Assembly: GCA_963784525.1 (NCBI GenBank)
Contig: CAWART010000001.1
Span: 192,767 to 256,766, forward strand
From: Candidatus Aminicenantes bacterium
GTDB taxonomy: Bacteria; Acidobacteriota; Aminicenantia; Aminicenantales; Saccharicenantaceae
Direction of reading: 5' to 3'
DNA: 64,000 bases
This document shows positions 1-8,888 of the stretch, piece by piece. The notes beneath the pieces are model-generated. The model did not search any database. It was given only the letters and a program-made list of their open reading frames with translations, and was not told the DNA's origin. Position 1 is the first letter of the stretch; the number at the start of each line of letters is the position of its first letter. Made by a program: the position numbers and the translations under genes.

Positions 1-960
1 GATTGCGGTCGTCCAGGAAGCCTTCGTCAACGGCGTCTCGACCCGGAAGATCGACCGCCTGGCCCATGCGATGGGTATCGAGAACATCTCGGCTTCCCAG
101 GTCTCGGAGTTCAACAAGGAGCTCGACACCCAAGTCGAGGACTTCAAGGTTCGCCCTCTGGCTGAGGAGTATCCCTTCCTCTGGATCGACGCCCTGTATC
201 AGAAGGTCCGGGTCGAGGGAAGGGTGGTCTCGGTGGCCGTAATGATCGCCTGCGGGGTCAACCCGGCCGGTTCTCGGGAGATCCTGGCCGTGGAGCCTAT
301 GTTCGACGAGTCTGAGGACTCGTGGCGCGTCTTCTTCCGGAAGCTGAAGGCCAGAGGCATGAAGAGGACCGCCCTCTGTGTCTCCGACGCCCACGCGGGC
401 ATACAGGCCGCGGTCCGAAAGGAGTGGCTCGGCGCGTCCTGGCAGCGCTGCAAGGTCCACTTCATGCGGAACATCCTGGCCAAGGTCCCGCACAAGGAGA
501 AGGCTCGCTTCGCGGCCCATCTGAAGCAGATCTGGCTCGAGCCGGACAAGAAGAGCGCTCGGCGAGCTGCCGCAGCTCTCATCGACGATTACGAGAAGCG
601 GTTCCCCGAGGCCGTCCGCTGCCTGGAAGAGGGCCTCGAGGACTCTCTCTCGTTCTACGACTTCCCGGAGGTCGACAAGAAGAGGATCTCCTCGACCAAC
701 GGCCAGGAGCGGCTGAACATGGAGATCCGCCGGAGGAGCCGGGTGGTCGGCGTCTTCCCCTCGGTCGAAAGCTACCTCCGGCTGACGATCTGCTACCTCA
801 TCGAATACTCGGAAGACTGGGGGACCGAACGCAGCTACATCCGGGAGGACAAAGCTCTCGGATCTTTGGACAGGCTCCATGAGCTGATGGCTCAGGCGGC
901 TAACTAAAGAGGCTTATGATGGCCCCGAAGTTGCGAACATCAGTTGACACAACCTTCTTT
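1..960 (+). mobile_element. Partial IS256-like insertion sequence entering from the left edge (right boundary not determinable)
   Basis: Implied by the transposase CDS. Composition switches to AT-rich right after its stop. The terminal inverted repeat cannot be identified without the left end, so the 960 boundary is only a placeholder. Confidence 0.4.
2..907 (+). CDS. IS256-family (Mutator-type) transposase, 5' end outside the window
   Basis: The frame is open from base 2 (IAVVQEAFVNGVSTRKIDRLAHAMGIENISASQVSEF...), so the start lies upstream of the window. Conserved IS256/Mutator blocks are present: FLWIDALYQKVR, CVSDAHAGIQAAV, WQRCKVHFMRN, STNGQERLNMEIRRR. TAA stop at 905-907. Confidence 0.9.
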   Translation: MAVVQEAFVNGVSTRKIDRLAHAMGIENISASQVSEFNKELDTQVEDFKVRPLAEEYPFLWIDALYQKVRVEGRVVSVAVMIACGVNPAGSREILAVEPMFDESEDSWRVFFRKLKARGMKRTALCVSDAHAGIQAAVRKEWLGASWQRCKVHFMRNILAKVPHKEKARFAAHLKQIWLEPDKKSARRAAAALIDDYEKRFPEAVRCLEEGLEDSLSFYDFPEVDKKRISSTNGQERLNMEIRRRSRVVGVFPSVESYLRLTICYLIEYSEDWGTERSYIREDKALGSLDRLHELMAQAAN

Positions 961-1017
961 GGGCTTTATTTCAAAGAACGCTTGTTATATATTGATAATT
1001 AATCGGGTTAAGGGAAC

Positions 1018-1596
1018 TTGCGGCAAAAGGTCCTTGCTTTTCGACACGAATGTATGATCCTGGCGGCAATAGCCTTTTTCGCATTATCCCTTTGTCGTTT
1101 GCATGCAAGTGTTGTCCAAGGTGCTCGCTGCGAAGATATCGTTTCGATCGATTTCAAGAATCTCGGTATTGATATACCTTGGCGAGGTATCGTCCAGCTA
1201 AAAGATGGCATCGCTTTTTCCTCAGATGCCGGCGAGGGTGACGAATCCAAGGATTGGGGAATACGCCTCGTCCGGGACGAAATACTCCGCCCGACGGATG
1301 GGAAGGCTCTCCGGCTGATAATACTCAACGCAAACCATCTGATAGGCAGTGGGGCATGGGACCACGTATTTATTTTCAGCTGTGCCGAGGGCAAGGTCGT
1401 CCAGCTATTCCATGAGCGCTTCCTTTATGGGGTCCATATTGTGAAGATCATCGATGCCGAGTTGATCTTCATTTCTGGTGAATGGACGAAAAGTGATCCA
1501 AATTGCTGCCCTTCGAATGAAAAAATTTCGAGATATCGATGGAGCGGGAAAGAAAACACGTTTAAAGTGGTCAGCAGTGCCATCCTCCCTCGATAA
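1018..1596 (+). CDS. Hypothetical secreted/lipoprotein-like protein, AT-rich orphan
   Basis: 192-codon ORF with TTG at 1018. The first ATG at 1054 gives MILAAIAFFALSLC..., a signal/lipobox-like N-terminus. No family recognised. Visibly lower G+C than all neighbours. Confidence 0.5.
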   Translation: MRQKVLAFRHECMILAAIAFFALSLCRLHASVVQGARCEDIVSIDFKNLGIDIPWRGIVQLKDGIAFSSDAGEGDESKDWGIRLVRDEILRPTDGKALRLIILNANHLIGSGAWDHVFIFSCAEGKVVQLFHERFLYGVHIVKIIDAELIFISGEWTKSDPNCCPSNEKISRYRWSGKENTFKVVSSAILPR

Positions 1597-1797
1597 GGAA
1601 GCAATAGTTCATAAAGTTACCTTTCCCTCCGAGGCTTACAAAGCGAGGACCGGCGGCTTCGGCGGCGGCAAGCGGTTCTGAGCTTAGCCTAAACCACGTT
1701 TCTAATGAAGGGCGGCACTCTCTCGGGGTGATCATCCTTTTTTATTTTAAGGCGATTTTATGTATAATCGGCCCGGAAAGGCTTTCATAGAAAACCC

Positions 1798-2934
1798 ATG
1801 ACACAAACATCTGATCTGCAAGAAGCTCCCGTAGCCGGCCGGGTGACGGACTTGGTCGGGAAACCGGCGTCGCTCATACCGACGCCGGCCCTGGTCGTTG
1901 AGACGGAGGTCCTGGAGCGCAATCTGCGCCTTATGTCCGACTTCTTCGCGCGCCGCCACGCCAAATTGCGCCCGCACTTCAAATCGCACAAGTGCGTCAC
2001 GATCGCCCGGCGTCAGCTCGAGAACGGAAACGCTGTCGGCATCACCTGCGCCAAGGTTTCAGAGGCCGAGGTCCTGGCGGCGGGAGGGATCCGGAACATT
2101 CTCATAGCCAACCAGATCGTCGGACGGGACAAGGTCGAGCGGGTCGCCGAGCTGGCTCGGGAATGCCGTCTCACCATCGCCGTGGACGACGAATCCCAGG
2201 TGCGGCAACTCTCCGCCGCGCTTGCCCGGACGCGCGCCACGGCCGGCGTCCTGGTCGAGGTGGACGTCGGATTGGCCCGCTGCGGCGTCCCGCCCGGCGA
2301 GCGCGCGCTGGAGATCGCCCGCGCCGCGGAGACCGCCGCCGGCGTCGATTTCCGCGGCATCCAGGCCTACGAGGGGCACTGCCTCTCCGTCATCGACCCC
2401 GAGGAAAGGCGCCGGCAGGTCCTCGCCTCGATGCAGAAGGCCGTGGACACGAGGCGGCTTATAGAAGCCTCCGGCCTGCCCGTCCAGGTGCTCAGCGGCG
2501 GCGGAACGGGGTCGTACGATATGACAGGCCTCATGGACGGCATTGACGAAGTCCAAGCCGGTTCTTACGCCCTGATGGACCATTACTACCAGAAAAGACG
2601 GTCCGAATTCGCTCTTGCCCTCAGCGTGATCACGACCGTGATCTCGAGCAACGGTGCGGATCACGCGGTCCTGGACGTCGGGGTTAAGGGAGTCGGGGCG
2701 GATCTCGGCCCTCCCGTCCTGGCGGACCGTCCGGAGGACATGATCTCGCGCTTCGAGTCTGAGGAGCATGCGTCCGTCAAGGTCGATGGCCGCCCGTTGA
2801 AGGTCGGGGACAGGGTCAGGCTGTTCCCGTCGCACGGCTGTACGACCTGCAACCTGCACAGGCGCCTCTTCGCCGTTCGGGACGGGATGATCGAGGACGT
2901 TTGGGCGATAGAAGGAAGCGGATGTCTGGAATAA
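1798..2934 (+). CDS. D-TA family PLP enzyme (alanine-racemase-N fold; D-threonine aldolase / D-serine dehydratase-like)
   Basis: PLP-lysine block RPHFKSHKCVTIA, AKVSEAEVLA, and C-terminal FPSHGCTTCNLH, which is typical of the DSD1/D-TA family. 378 aa. Confidence 0.75.
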   Translation: MTQTSDLQEAPVAGRVTDLVGKPASLIPTPALVVETEVLERNLRLMSDFFARRHAKLRPHFKSHKCVTIARRQLENGNAVGITCAKVSEAEVLAAGGIRNILIANQIVGRDKVERVAELARECRLTIAVDDESQVRQLSAALARTRATAGVLVEVDVGLARCGVPPGERALEIARAAETAAGVDFRGIQAYEGHCLSVIDPEERRRQVLASMQKAVDTRRLIEASGLPVQVLSGGGTGSYDMTGLMDGIDEVQAGSYALMDHYYQKRRSEFALALSVITTVISSNGADHAVLDVGVKGVGADLGPPVLADRPEDMISRFESEEHASVKVDGRPLKVGDRVRLFPSHGCTTCNLHRRLFAVRDGMIEDVWAIEGSGCLE

Positions 2935-3021
2935 GCGTTCGATCGGCGAACCTCCGGCGAGGGTCTCGAAAAGAAACAATAGAGCAAAGAGTTCCGAATT
3001 GACCATTCCCCCGGCGTCGAG

Positions 3022-3708
3022 ATGCCGCAGGAAGACAAGGCGGATATGAGCCCCGGCGTTTCGGTGATATGCGCTTTTAATGATCGGCAGAAACTGGATA
3101 CGTTCCTGATCCCGAGCCTGCAAAAACAATCCTCGCCTCACGAACGGCTCCTCATCGACAACACCCATGGCCGGTATTCATCCGCAACGGAGATCCTCAA
3201 CGAGACCGCGCGTCGGGCCAAATTTGATCTTCTGATGTTCGTGCACCAGGACGTCTCGCTGACTTCCGAGCATTGGCTGCGGGATGCTCAGGAAGCGATT
3301 TCCCGCCTCAAGCGCTGTGGGGCCGCGGGAGCGGCCGGCAGCGGCCGTCGAGGGAGATGGGCCAGCGTCCTTCATGGATATCCTCCCCGATCAGCCGGGC
3401 AAAGGGTTCGCAAACCCGTCAAAGTGCAGACCCTCGACGGCTGTCTCATCATCGTGCCGAAGGCGGTATTCGAGACCGTGCCGTTCGATCCTGCCCATAA
3501 AGGCTGGTATCTGTACGTGGCCAACTACTGCCTCGATCTTGCCCGCCACGGTTATAGAAGTCATGTCCTTCCCGGCGACATCTATCACGAATCCATGCGT
3601 CCATCTCATTCCGGGGCCTATGAAGGCGCGCGCAAATACATTATCAGCAAGTACCGCGAAGATGTGAGGACCGTTTACACGACGGTCGGCAACTGGAAGA
3701 CCCGATGA
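3022..3708 (+). CDS. Glycosyltransferase-like protein (GT2-like, Glyco_tranf_2_5 type)
   Basis: N-terminal VSVICAFNDRQKLDTFLIPSLQKQ, LLIDN, LLMFVHQDVSL and LDGCLIIVPKAVFE resemble the short GT2-like family. Alternative ATG at 3046. Confidence 0.55.
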   Translation: MPQEDKADMSPGVSVICAFNDRQKLDTFLIPSLQKQSSPHERLLIDNTHGRYSSATEILNETARRAKFDLLMFVHQDVSLTSEHWLRDAQEAISRLKRCGAAGAAGSGRRGRWASVLHGYPPRSAGQRVRKPVKVQTLDGCLIIVPKAVFETVPFDPAHKGWYLYVANYCLDLARHGYRSHVLPGDIYHESMRPSHSGAYEGARKYIISKYREDVRTVYTTVGNWKTR

Positions 3709-3827
3709 TCAGAGTTTCCTGAGCCGCCGTTCGCCGGATAAGCATTCACACGGCCTCCCTGGCTCTGATGGAAGTTGAAATCCGAAACGACATGGATTAA
3801 AGTTCCCGTCCGAGAAAGGAAACGACC

Positions 3828-5120
3828 ATGACGTCACCAGAAGCCGTTCCTCCCCTGAAAATGCTGAACCCGAAGGTCCGGGAGAGGTTCCCGATGATAG
3901 ATCGGGATTCGCGCGGGACTCCCCGCGTCTACCTCAACACCGCGGCCGGAGGCCTGACCGTAGATACGGCCGCCGCGGCCGCCCGAGACGCCCAGGGACG
4001 GCTCAACCCCATGCCCGGCGTCGTCGCCACAGGAGAGGCCGATACGGCGGCCCTGCACGCCCGGGTCAGGGACCTCCTCGCCGATTTCCTCCACGCCGGC
4101 GACGGCCGGGAGGTCAGCTTCCACCCGTCGGCCACGGCGGCGCTGTTCAACCTGGCCTTCAGCCTGCGGAGCGTCCTCGCGCCTTCCGCCAACCTCGTCG
4201 TCACGGACCTCGATCATATGGCCAACGTCTCTCCCTGGGAGACCGTATGGGGCGAGGGTCGCGGCGCGGAGATCAGGCGGGCCCGTGTCACGCCCGAAGG
4301 GACGCTCGACGTCGGCCGCCTCCTCTCGCTCGTCGATCCGCGGACGGGCCTGGTCGCCCTGACCTCGGCGTCGAACGGCACCGGCTCGATCGTCCCCCTG
4401 AAAGAGCTCTCTGCGGCCGTCCGCCGCGTCTCTCCCGGATGCCTGATCGCGGTGGACGCCGTCCATCATGCCCCTCACGGCGTCATCGATGTCCGGGAGA
4501 GCGGCATCGATTTTCTTGTCTTTTCCGGTTATAAGGTCTTCGGCCCGATGCTCGGCGTCCTCTGGGGAAGGGCCGAGGTCCTCGAGAAGCTCAAGCCCTA
4601 TCGCGTCGAAACGAACAAGGATGTCCTGCCCGGGAAGTTCGAGATGGGCATGCTCAACAACACCTCCCTTGCTTCGCTCGAAGCGGCCCTGGAATACCTG
4701 CTCTGGCTGGACGGCCTCGTTTCCGGTCCCGCCTCCGCGACCGTGGACAGAAGGGCCCGGTTCCGCTCGGTCATGACCGCCATCGCCGACTATGAGAAGG
4801 GGCTCACCCGCCGCGTTCTCGAGGGTTTTGGCGAATTCGCACCGGACCGTTTCCAGTGCTTCGGCATCGTCGATCCCTCCCGCTCCGGAGAGCGTGTTCC
4901 CACCTTCGCCTTCGACATTGTCGGCCTCACCGCCACGGAAACGAAGAGGAAGCTCTGGGCCGAGGCCGGCATCCAGATCGCCGACGGCAACCATTATTCG
5001 GCCGCCGTCTTCCGCCATCTCGGCCGCCCGGAAGGCATCTGCCGGGCGAGCTTCGCCCATTACGACAACATGGCGACCGCCGACCGGTTCCTGGAGGCCG
5101 TCCGCCGGCTCCTGGGTTGA
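3828..5120 (+). CDS. Aminotransferase class V-fold PLP enzyme (cysteine desulfurase-like)
   Basis: 430 aa. AVDAVHHAPH and the PLP-lysine block FLVFSGYKVFGP (compare SGHKxxGP of class V enzymes). AAAGGAAA sits upstream of the ATG. Confidence 0.7.
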   Translation: MTSPEAVPPLKMLNPKVRERFPMIDRDSRGTPRVYLNTAAGGLTVDTAAAAARDAQGRLNPMPGVVATGEADTAALHARVRDLLADFLHAGDGREVSFHPSATAALFNLAFSLRSVLAPSANLVVTDLDHMANVSPWETVWGEGRGAEIRRARVTPEGTLDVGRLLSLVDPRTGLVALTSASNGTGSIVPLKELSAAVRRVSPGCLIAVDAVHHAPHGVIDVRESGIDFLVFSGYKVFGPMLGVLWGRAEVLEKLKPYRVETNKDVLPGKFEMGMLNNTSLASLEAALEYLLWLDGLVSGPASATVDRRARFRSVMTAIADYEKGLTRRVLEGFGEFAPDRFQCFGIVDPSRSGERVPTFAFDIVGLTATETKRKLWAEAGIQIADGNHYSAAVFRHLGRPEGICRASFAHYDNMATADRFLEAVRRLLG

Positions 5121-5258
5121 TCCCCAGGCCCGCCCCCGCCGCGGGGGATGGGCGCCTTTAAAAAGCCTCCGATCTGTGATACAAAGGCCTTAAGTCGGGG
5201 GATTTCCGTCTTCAGCTGAGGGATCGCTCCCGGCGTTTCTTCGTCCAGGAGGTGGGGT

Positions 5259-6128
5259 ATGCATTTGAGAGGGCGCGTGATCGTCTTTGCGGCCGTCGCC
5301 GCACTCTTCCTGTCGGCTGCGGGATGGTATCTCCCTGGCCAGGCCAAGGCGCAAAAGACCACGGAGGCTGAACATATCGCCGTTCGCGGCGATCTCACCA
5401 TCCTCTCCGTGGACGTCGAGCGGCTCGGATTTACCGCCGACGGCGGGCATCGTGTCCGCCTCAACGTAAAGGTCGGGTTCTCGTCGGCTGCCCGGACGGC
5501 TTCAAGTGGTCCCTTCAAGATCAGGGCAGAATATCGGGACGGCCTCGGGGTCTATAGCCGGCTGGGAGAGGTCGATGTGGCCGGCCTGGGCGGCGGGGCC
5601 GCGTCGCCCGTGATGCCCACGGCGACGCGCTCCTTCGACGCCGTGGTCGCTTCCGGAGCGACCCGGACCTTCCGGGTCACCGTCGATCCGACCGGGATGG
5701 TGACCGAAACGAACGAGCTCAACAATCAGGCCGCCAAAAACTACGCGGCCACCGGATGCAGGGGCGTCGATCTGGTATTGACCCGGGTCGAGGTCGAGAG
5801 GACGACCGGTGGCGCGGTCGTCCATGTCTGGGTCCGCAACCGCTGTCTGGACGCCTGCGCCGGGGTCGTCTCCTACTCCGTGGATCCCCGGGAATGCCTC
5901 CCCGGCGAGATGGGCGTTGCCCAGGAGATCGGCCGGCGTTTCGAAGGCGAAACCCGCTACGGGCCGCTCGGCAACGCTGTGGTGCCCGGCCGCGCGGGCG
6001 CCGAGCTCATTTATATCGTTTCGATCGATATCAGCGGCGCCGACTGCCGGGACTCGGACCTGACCAACAATTCGAGCCGTGTCGTCCTCCCCGCGTCGGA
6101 GACGCGGAGAGTGTTCTATCTCCGTTGA
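5259..6128 (+). CDS. Secreted protein with two CARDB-like domains
   Basis: Signal peptide MHLRGRVIVFAAVAALFLSAAG. Domain ends VTVDPTGMVTETNELNNQA and CRDSDLTNNSSRVVL match the CARDB E-x-N-E-x-NN signature. GGAGGTGG lies before the ATG. Confidence 0.55.
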   Translation: MHLRGRVIVFAAVAALFLSAAGWYLPGQAKAQKTTEAEHIAVRGDLTILSVDVERLGFTADGGHRVRLNVKVGFSSAARTASSGPFKIRAEYRDGLGVYSRLGEVDVAGLGGGAASPVMPTATRSFDAVVASGATRTFRVTVDPTGMVTETNELNNQAAKNYAATGCRGVDLVLTRVEVERTTGGAVVHVWVRNRCLDACAGVVSYSVDPRECLPGEMGVAQEIGRRFEGETRYGPLGNAVVPGRAGAELIYIVSIDISGADCRDSDLTNNSSRVVLPASETRRVFYLR

Positions 6129-6212
6129 GCCGGGGCTCCGTCGCCGCGCACCTCTCCCGACGGCCGGCCGGCCGTGAGCGCGGCCACGGTTCCCATTGCC
6201 GGGAGGCCCCGG

Positions 6213-7292
6213 TCAAGGAAGTGTCGCGCCGCGGCCGAGCTGGCCGCAGGCCGCCATGAGGCCGCGGCCCCGGGGGCTCCGCAGCTTGACCAGGACTCCG
6301 GCTTCCTCGAGGCGCCGGGCGAACGACTCGACCTCGGCTTCGGTCGGAGCGCGGCCGAGGGGAACGGAGCCCGGATTGTAGGGGATGAGGTTGACGAAGG
6401 CCCGGCCGGGCGGGGCCGCGGCCCGGAGGAACGAGGCCACCCCTTCCGCCGCGCCTTCGCCGTCGTTCCGGTCCGGCAGGAGGCAATAGTTCACCGCGAG
6501 GGTGAAATTGCGGCGTTGCGGATAGATGGCCAGGGCTCCGGCCAGGGCTTCGAGCCCGACGGCCCGGTTCGCCGGCATGAGCCCGCTGCGGAGCTCGTCG
6601 TCCGGCGCGTTGAGGCTCACCGAGAGGTTGAGGCGCTTGAGCCCGAGCTCCTTGAGCCGGGCGATGCCATCGGGCAGGCCGACGGTGCAGACCATGATAT
6701 CGTCCTGAGAGAAGGCGGGGCCGGAGGCGTCGAGAAGGACCGCGAGGGCCCCCGCGAGGCCATCGAAGTTGTCGAGGGGCTCGCCCATGCCCATGAAGAC
6801 GATGTGGCCGATGTCCCAACCCAGGCACAGGCGCGCGGCCGCGTACTGGCCCACGATCTCCTCGGGCCGCAGGTCCCTGATGAAGCCCTGCCGCCCCGAT
6901 TCACAGAAGACACAGCCCATGCGGCAACCCACCTGTGAGGAGACGCAGAGGGTGGCTGGCCCGGGCTCTGGGTCGCGGCGCGCTATGGGAATCCGGACGC
7001 ATTCGACGCGCTGTCCGTCCTCGAGCCTGAGAAGGGCCTTGGCCGTCGTTCCGAAGGGCCCTTCCTCCTCGACGACGCGCTCGACGGCGGGAAGGCGGAG
7101 CGTGACGCGGGCGGCCAGGGAGGCGGCCGTCTCCCTGGCAAGACCTTCGGATCCGGGCTCGAAGCGACCCTCGGAGAAAGCCCGCTTATAGAGGCGGCCG
7201 AGGGCCCGCGAGCTTCCCGCGCGGCCGGCCATTTCTTCGAAAGCCCGGCGGCTCAAGCCCAGGATATTGACGCGCCCGGAAGTCTCCAGCAT
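6213..7292 (-). CDS. rlmN: Radical SAM 23S rRNA/tRNA (adenine-C2)-methyltransferase, RlmN/Cfr family
   Basis: CVSSQVGCRMGCVFCESG (CxxxCxxC radical SAM cluster in the RlmN context), FMGMGEPLDN, NLIPYNP, C-terminal MAACGQL. Confidence 0.85.
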   Translation of the reverse strand: MLETSGRVNILGLSRRAFEEMAGRAGSSRALGRLYKRAFSEGRFEPGSEGLARETAASLAARVTLRLPAVERVVEEEGPFGTTAKALLRLEDGQRVECVRIPIARRDPEPGPATLCVSSQVGCRMGCVFCESGRQGFIRDLRPEEIVGQYAAARLCLGWDIGHIVFMGMGEPLDNFDGLAGALAVLLDASGPAFSQDDIMVCTVGLPDGIARLKELGLKRLNLSVSLNAPDDELRSGLMPANRAVGLEALAGALAIYPQRRNFTLAVNYCLLPDRNDGEGAAEGVASFLRAAAPPGRAFVNLIPYNPGSVPLGRAPTEAEVESFARRLEEAGVLVKLRSPRGRGLMAACGQLGRGATLP

Positions 7293-7491
7293 AGCGCCAC
7301 TTTAGAGGAATCCCCAGCCTTATTCAAGGCAGGGTCGAAAGGGCCCGCGTCCCGGAACGCCAGGAGAATCAGCCGCCCGACCGTCCCATGGAATGGAAGC
7401 CGGTCTGACCGGCCTTCGGCGGTTTCGCTGGAAAAGCCGGTCCCATTTCGTGTAAAAGAGGGGTTGAAGCCAATTTATGCGGGAGGAAACG

Positions 7492-8409
7492 ATGATAAAG
7501 CCGGTCCAAAAGATCACGCCGAATCTCTGGTTCGACCGCCAGGCCGAGGAGGCGGCGAAGTTCTACGCGTCCGTTTTCAAGGACTCCGGGCTCGGCCGCA
7601 TCGTGCGCGCCGGGAAGGCCGGCTTCGAGACCCATGGGCTCCCTGAAGGGACGACCATGACCGTCGAGTTCGAGGCCGCGGGGCATCGTTTCATCGCCAT
7701 CAACGGCGGCCCTCTCTTCAAGTTCACCCCGGCCATCTCCTTCCTCGTGGCCTGCCGGACGAAGGAAGAGGTCGATGCGCTGTGGACCCCCTTGTCCGAG
7801 GGCGGAGCGGCCCTCATGGATCTCGGCGAATACCCCCATAGCCCCTGGTACGGGTGGGCTCAGGACAGGTACGGTCTTTCCTGGCAGGTGATGGCCATGG
7901 GCGACCGTCCCATCAAGCAGGGGATCACGCCGGCGCTCATGTTCGTCAACGAGCAGTGCGGGAAGGCGGAAGAGGCCATCCGTCTCTACACCTCCATCTT
8001 TTCCGGTGCGAAGGTCGGCGATATCTCCCGGTATGGCGGTATCGAAGGGCCCGACAAGGCGGGGACGGTCATGTACGGCGAGTTCATGCTGGAGGGCCGG
8101 TGGTTCGCCGCCATGGACAGCGCCTATCCCCACGCCTTCGGCTTCAACGAGGCCGTCTCGCTCATGGTCGAGTGCGGAACTCAGGAGGAGATAGACCGGT
8201 ATTGGGAGCGCCTCACGTCCGGCGGGGGAGAGGAAAGCATGTGCGGCTGGCTCAAGGACAGGTACGGGGTCTCCTGGCAGGTCGCGCCCGCGATCCTCGG
8301 CGACATGCTGCATGACCCGGACCGTGCCAGGGTCGATCGCGTGACGGAGGCGTTCCTCAAGATGAGAAAGTTCGACATCAAGGAGCTCGAGAAGGCCTTC
8401 AGGGGCTGA
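7492..8409 (+). CDS. VOC-superfamily protein with two tandem PhnB-like (3-demethylubiquinone-9 3-methyltransferase-type) domains
   Basis: KITPNLWFDRQAEEAAKFYASVF starts the first domain and ITPALMFVNEQCGKAEEAIRLYTSIF starts the second. Each ends with a W..DRYG(L/V)SWQV block. GGGAGG lies 7 nt before ATG 7492, and an upstream ATG at 7477 is also possible. Confidence 0.75.
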   Translation: MIKPVQKITPNLWFDRQAEEAAKFYASVFKDSGLGRIVRAGKAGFETHGLPEGTTMTVEFEAAGHRFIAINGGPLFKFTPAISFLVACRTKEEVDALWTPLSEGGAALMDLGEYPHSPWYGWAQDRYGLSWQVMAMGDRPIKQGITPALMFVNEQCGKAEEAIRLYTSIFSGAKVGDISRYGGIEGPDKAGTVMYGEFMLEGRWFAAMDSAYPHAFGFNEAVSLMVECGTQEEIDRYWERLTSGGGEESMCGWLKDRYGVSWQVAPAILGDMLHDPDRARVDRVTEAFLKMRKFDIKELEKAFRG

Positions 8410-8437
8410 TCGAGGCGCCCGAGCGAAAGGGGAGGAT

Positions 8438-8815
8438 ATGGACAAGGCGAAGATGAAGGATATCGCGGTCGCGTTCCTGAGAATGGCGGCCTTCGGGAAG
8501 GCGCGGGCGGCGTTCGAGGCCTATGCCGCTCCCGGTTTCCGCCACCACAATCCCTATTTTCGGGGTGACGCCGCATCTCTTTGGACAGCGATGGACGCGG
8601 ATGCCGTCCGGGCCCCGGACAAGGTCTTCGAGATGCTGAGGGTCGTCGGGGACGGCGACCTGGTCGCGGTCCATTCCCGTCTCGTTCCGGAGCCGGGCCA
8701 ACCCGTATATTCCGTTGTTCACATCTTTCGGTTCGAGGGCGACAGGATCGCCGAATTCTGGGACATCGCCCAGCAGGTACCCCAGGCCCCGGTGAACGGG
8801 AACGGCATGTTCTAG
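8438..8815 (+). CDS. SnoaL-like / NTF2-fold protein
   Basis: 125 aa. Size and pattern (FRHHNPYFRGD ... VAVHSRL ... HIFRFEGDRIAEFWD) are typical of nuclear-transport-factor-2-like small proteins. GGGGAGG lies before the ATG. Confidence 0.55.
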   Translation: MDKAKMKDIAVAFLRMAAFGKARAAFEAYAAPGFRHHNPYFRGDAASLWTAMDADAVRAPDKVFEMLRVVGDGDLVAVHSRLVPEPGQPVYSVVHIFRFEGDRIAEFWDIAQQVPQAPVNGNGMF

Positions 8816-8853
8816 GATTCTCCCGCCGGGACCTGAAGGCGGGAGCGGGGAGG

Positions 8854-8882
8854 GTGACGCCGGCGGGGGATTCGGATACAAT
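8854..8882 (+). promoter_or_regulatory. Sigma70-like promoter GTGACG-17-TACAAT directly abutting the ettA start (leaderless candidate)
   Basis: GTGACG at 8854-8859, a 17-nt spacer, TACAAT at 8877-8882. The ATG is at 8889, only 6 nt after the -10 box, and there is no Shine-Dalgarno sequence. Confidence 0.4.
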
Positions 8883-8888
8883 CCATAC

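Noticed and set aside
6031-6938. Overlapping ORFs 6031-6828 (-) and 6174-6938 (+) within the rlmN region
   Set aside because: They are alternative frames of the rlmN locus with Arg/Pro/Gly-rich products. The rlmN frame carries the radical-SAM and RlmN-specific motifs.
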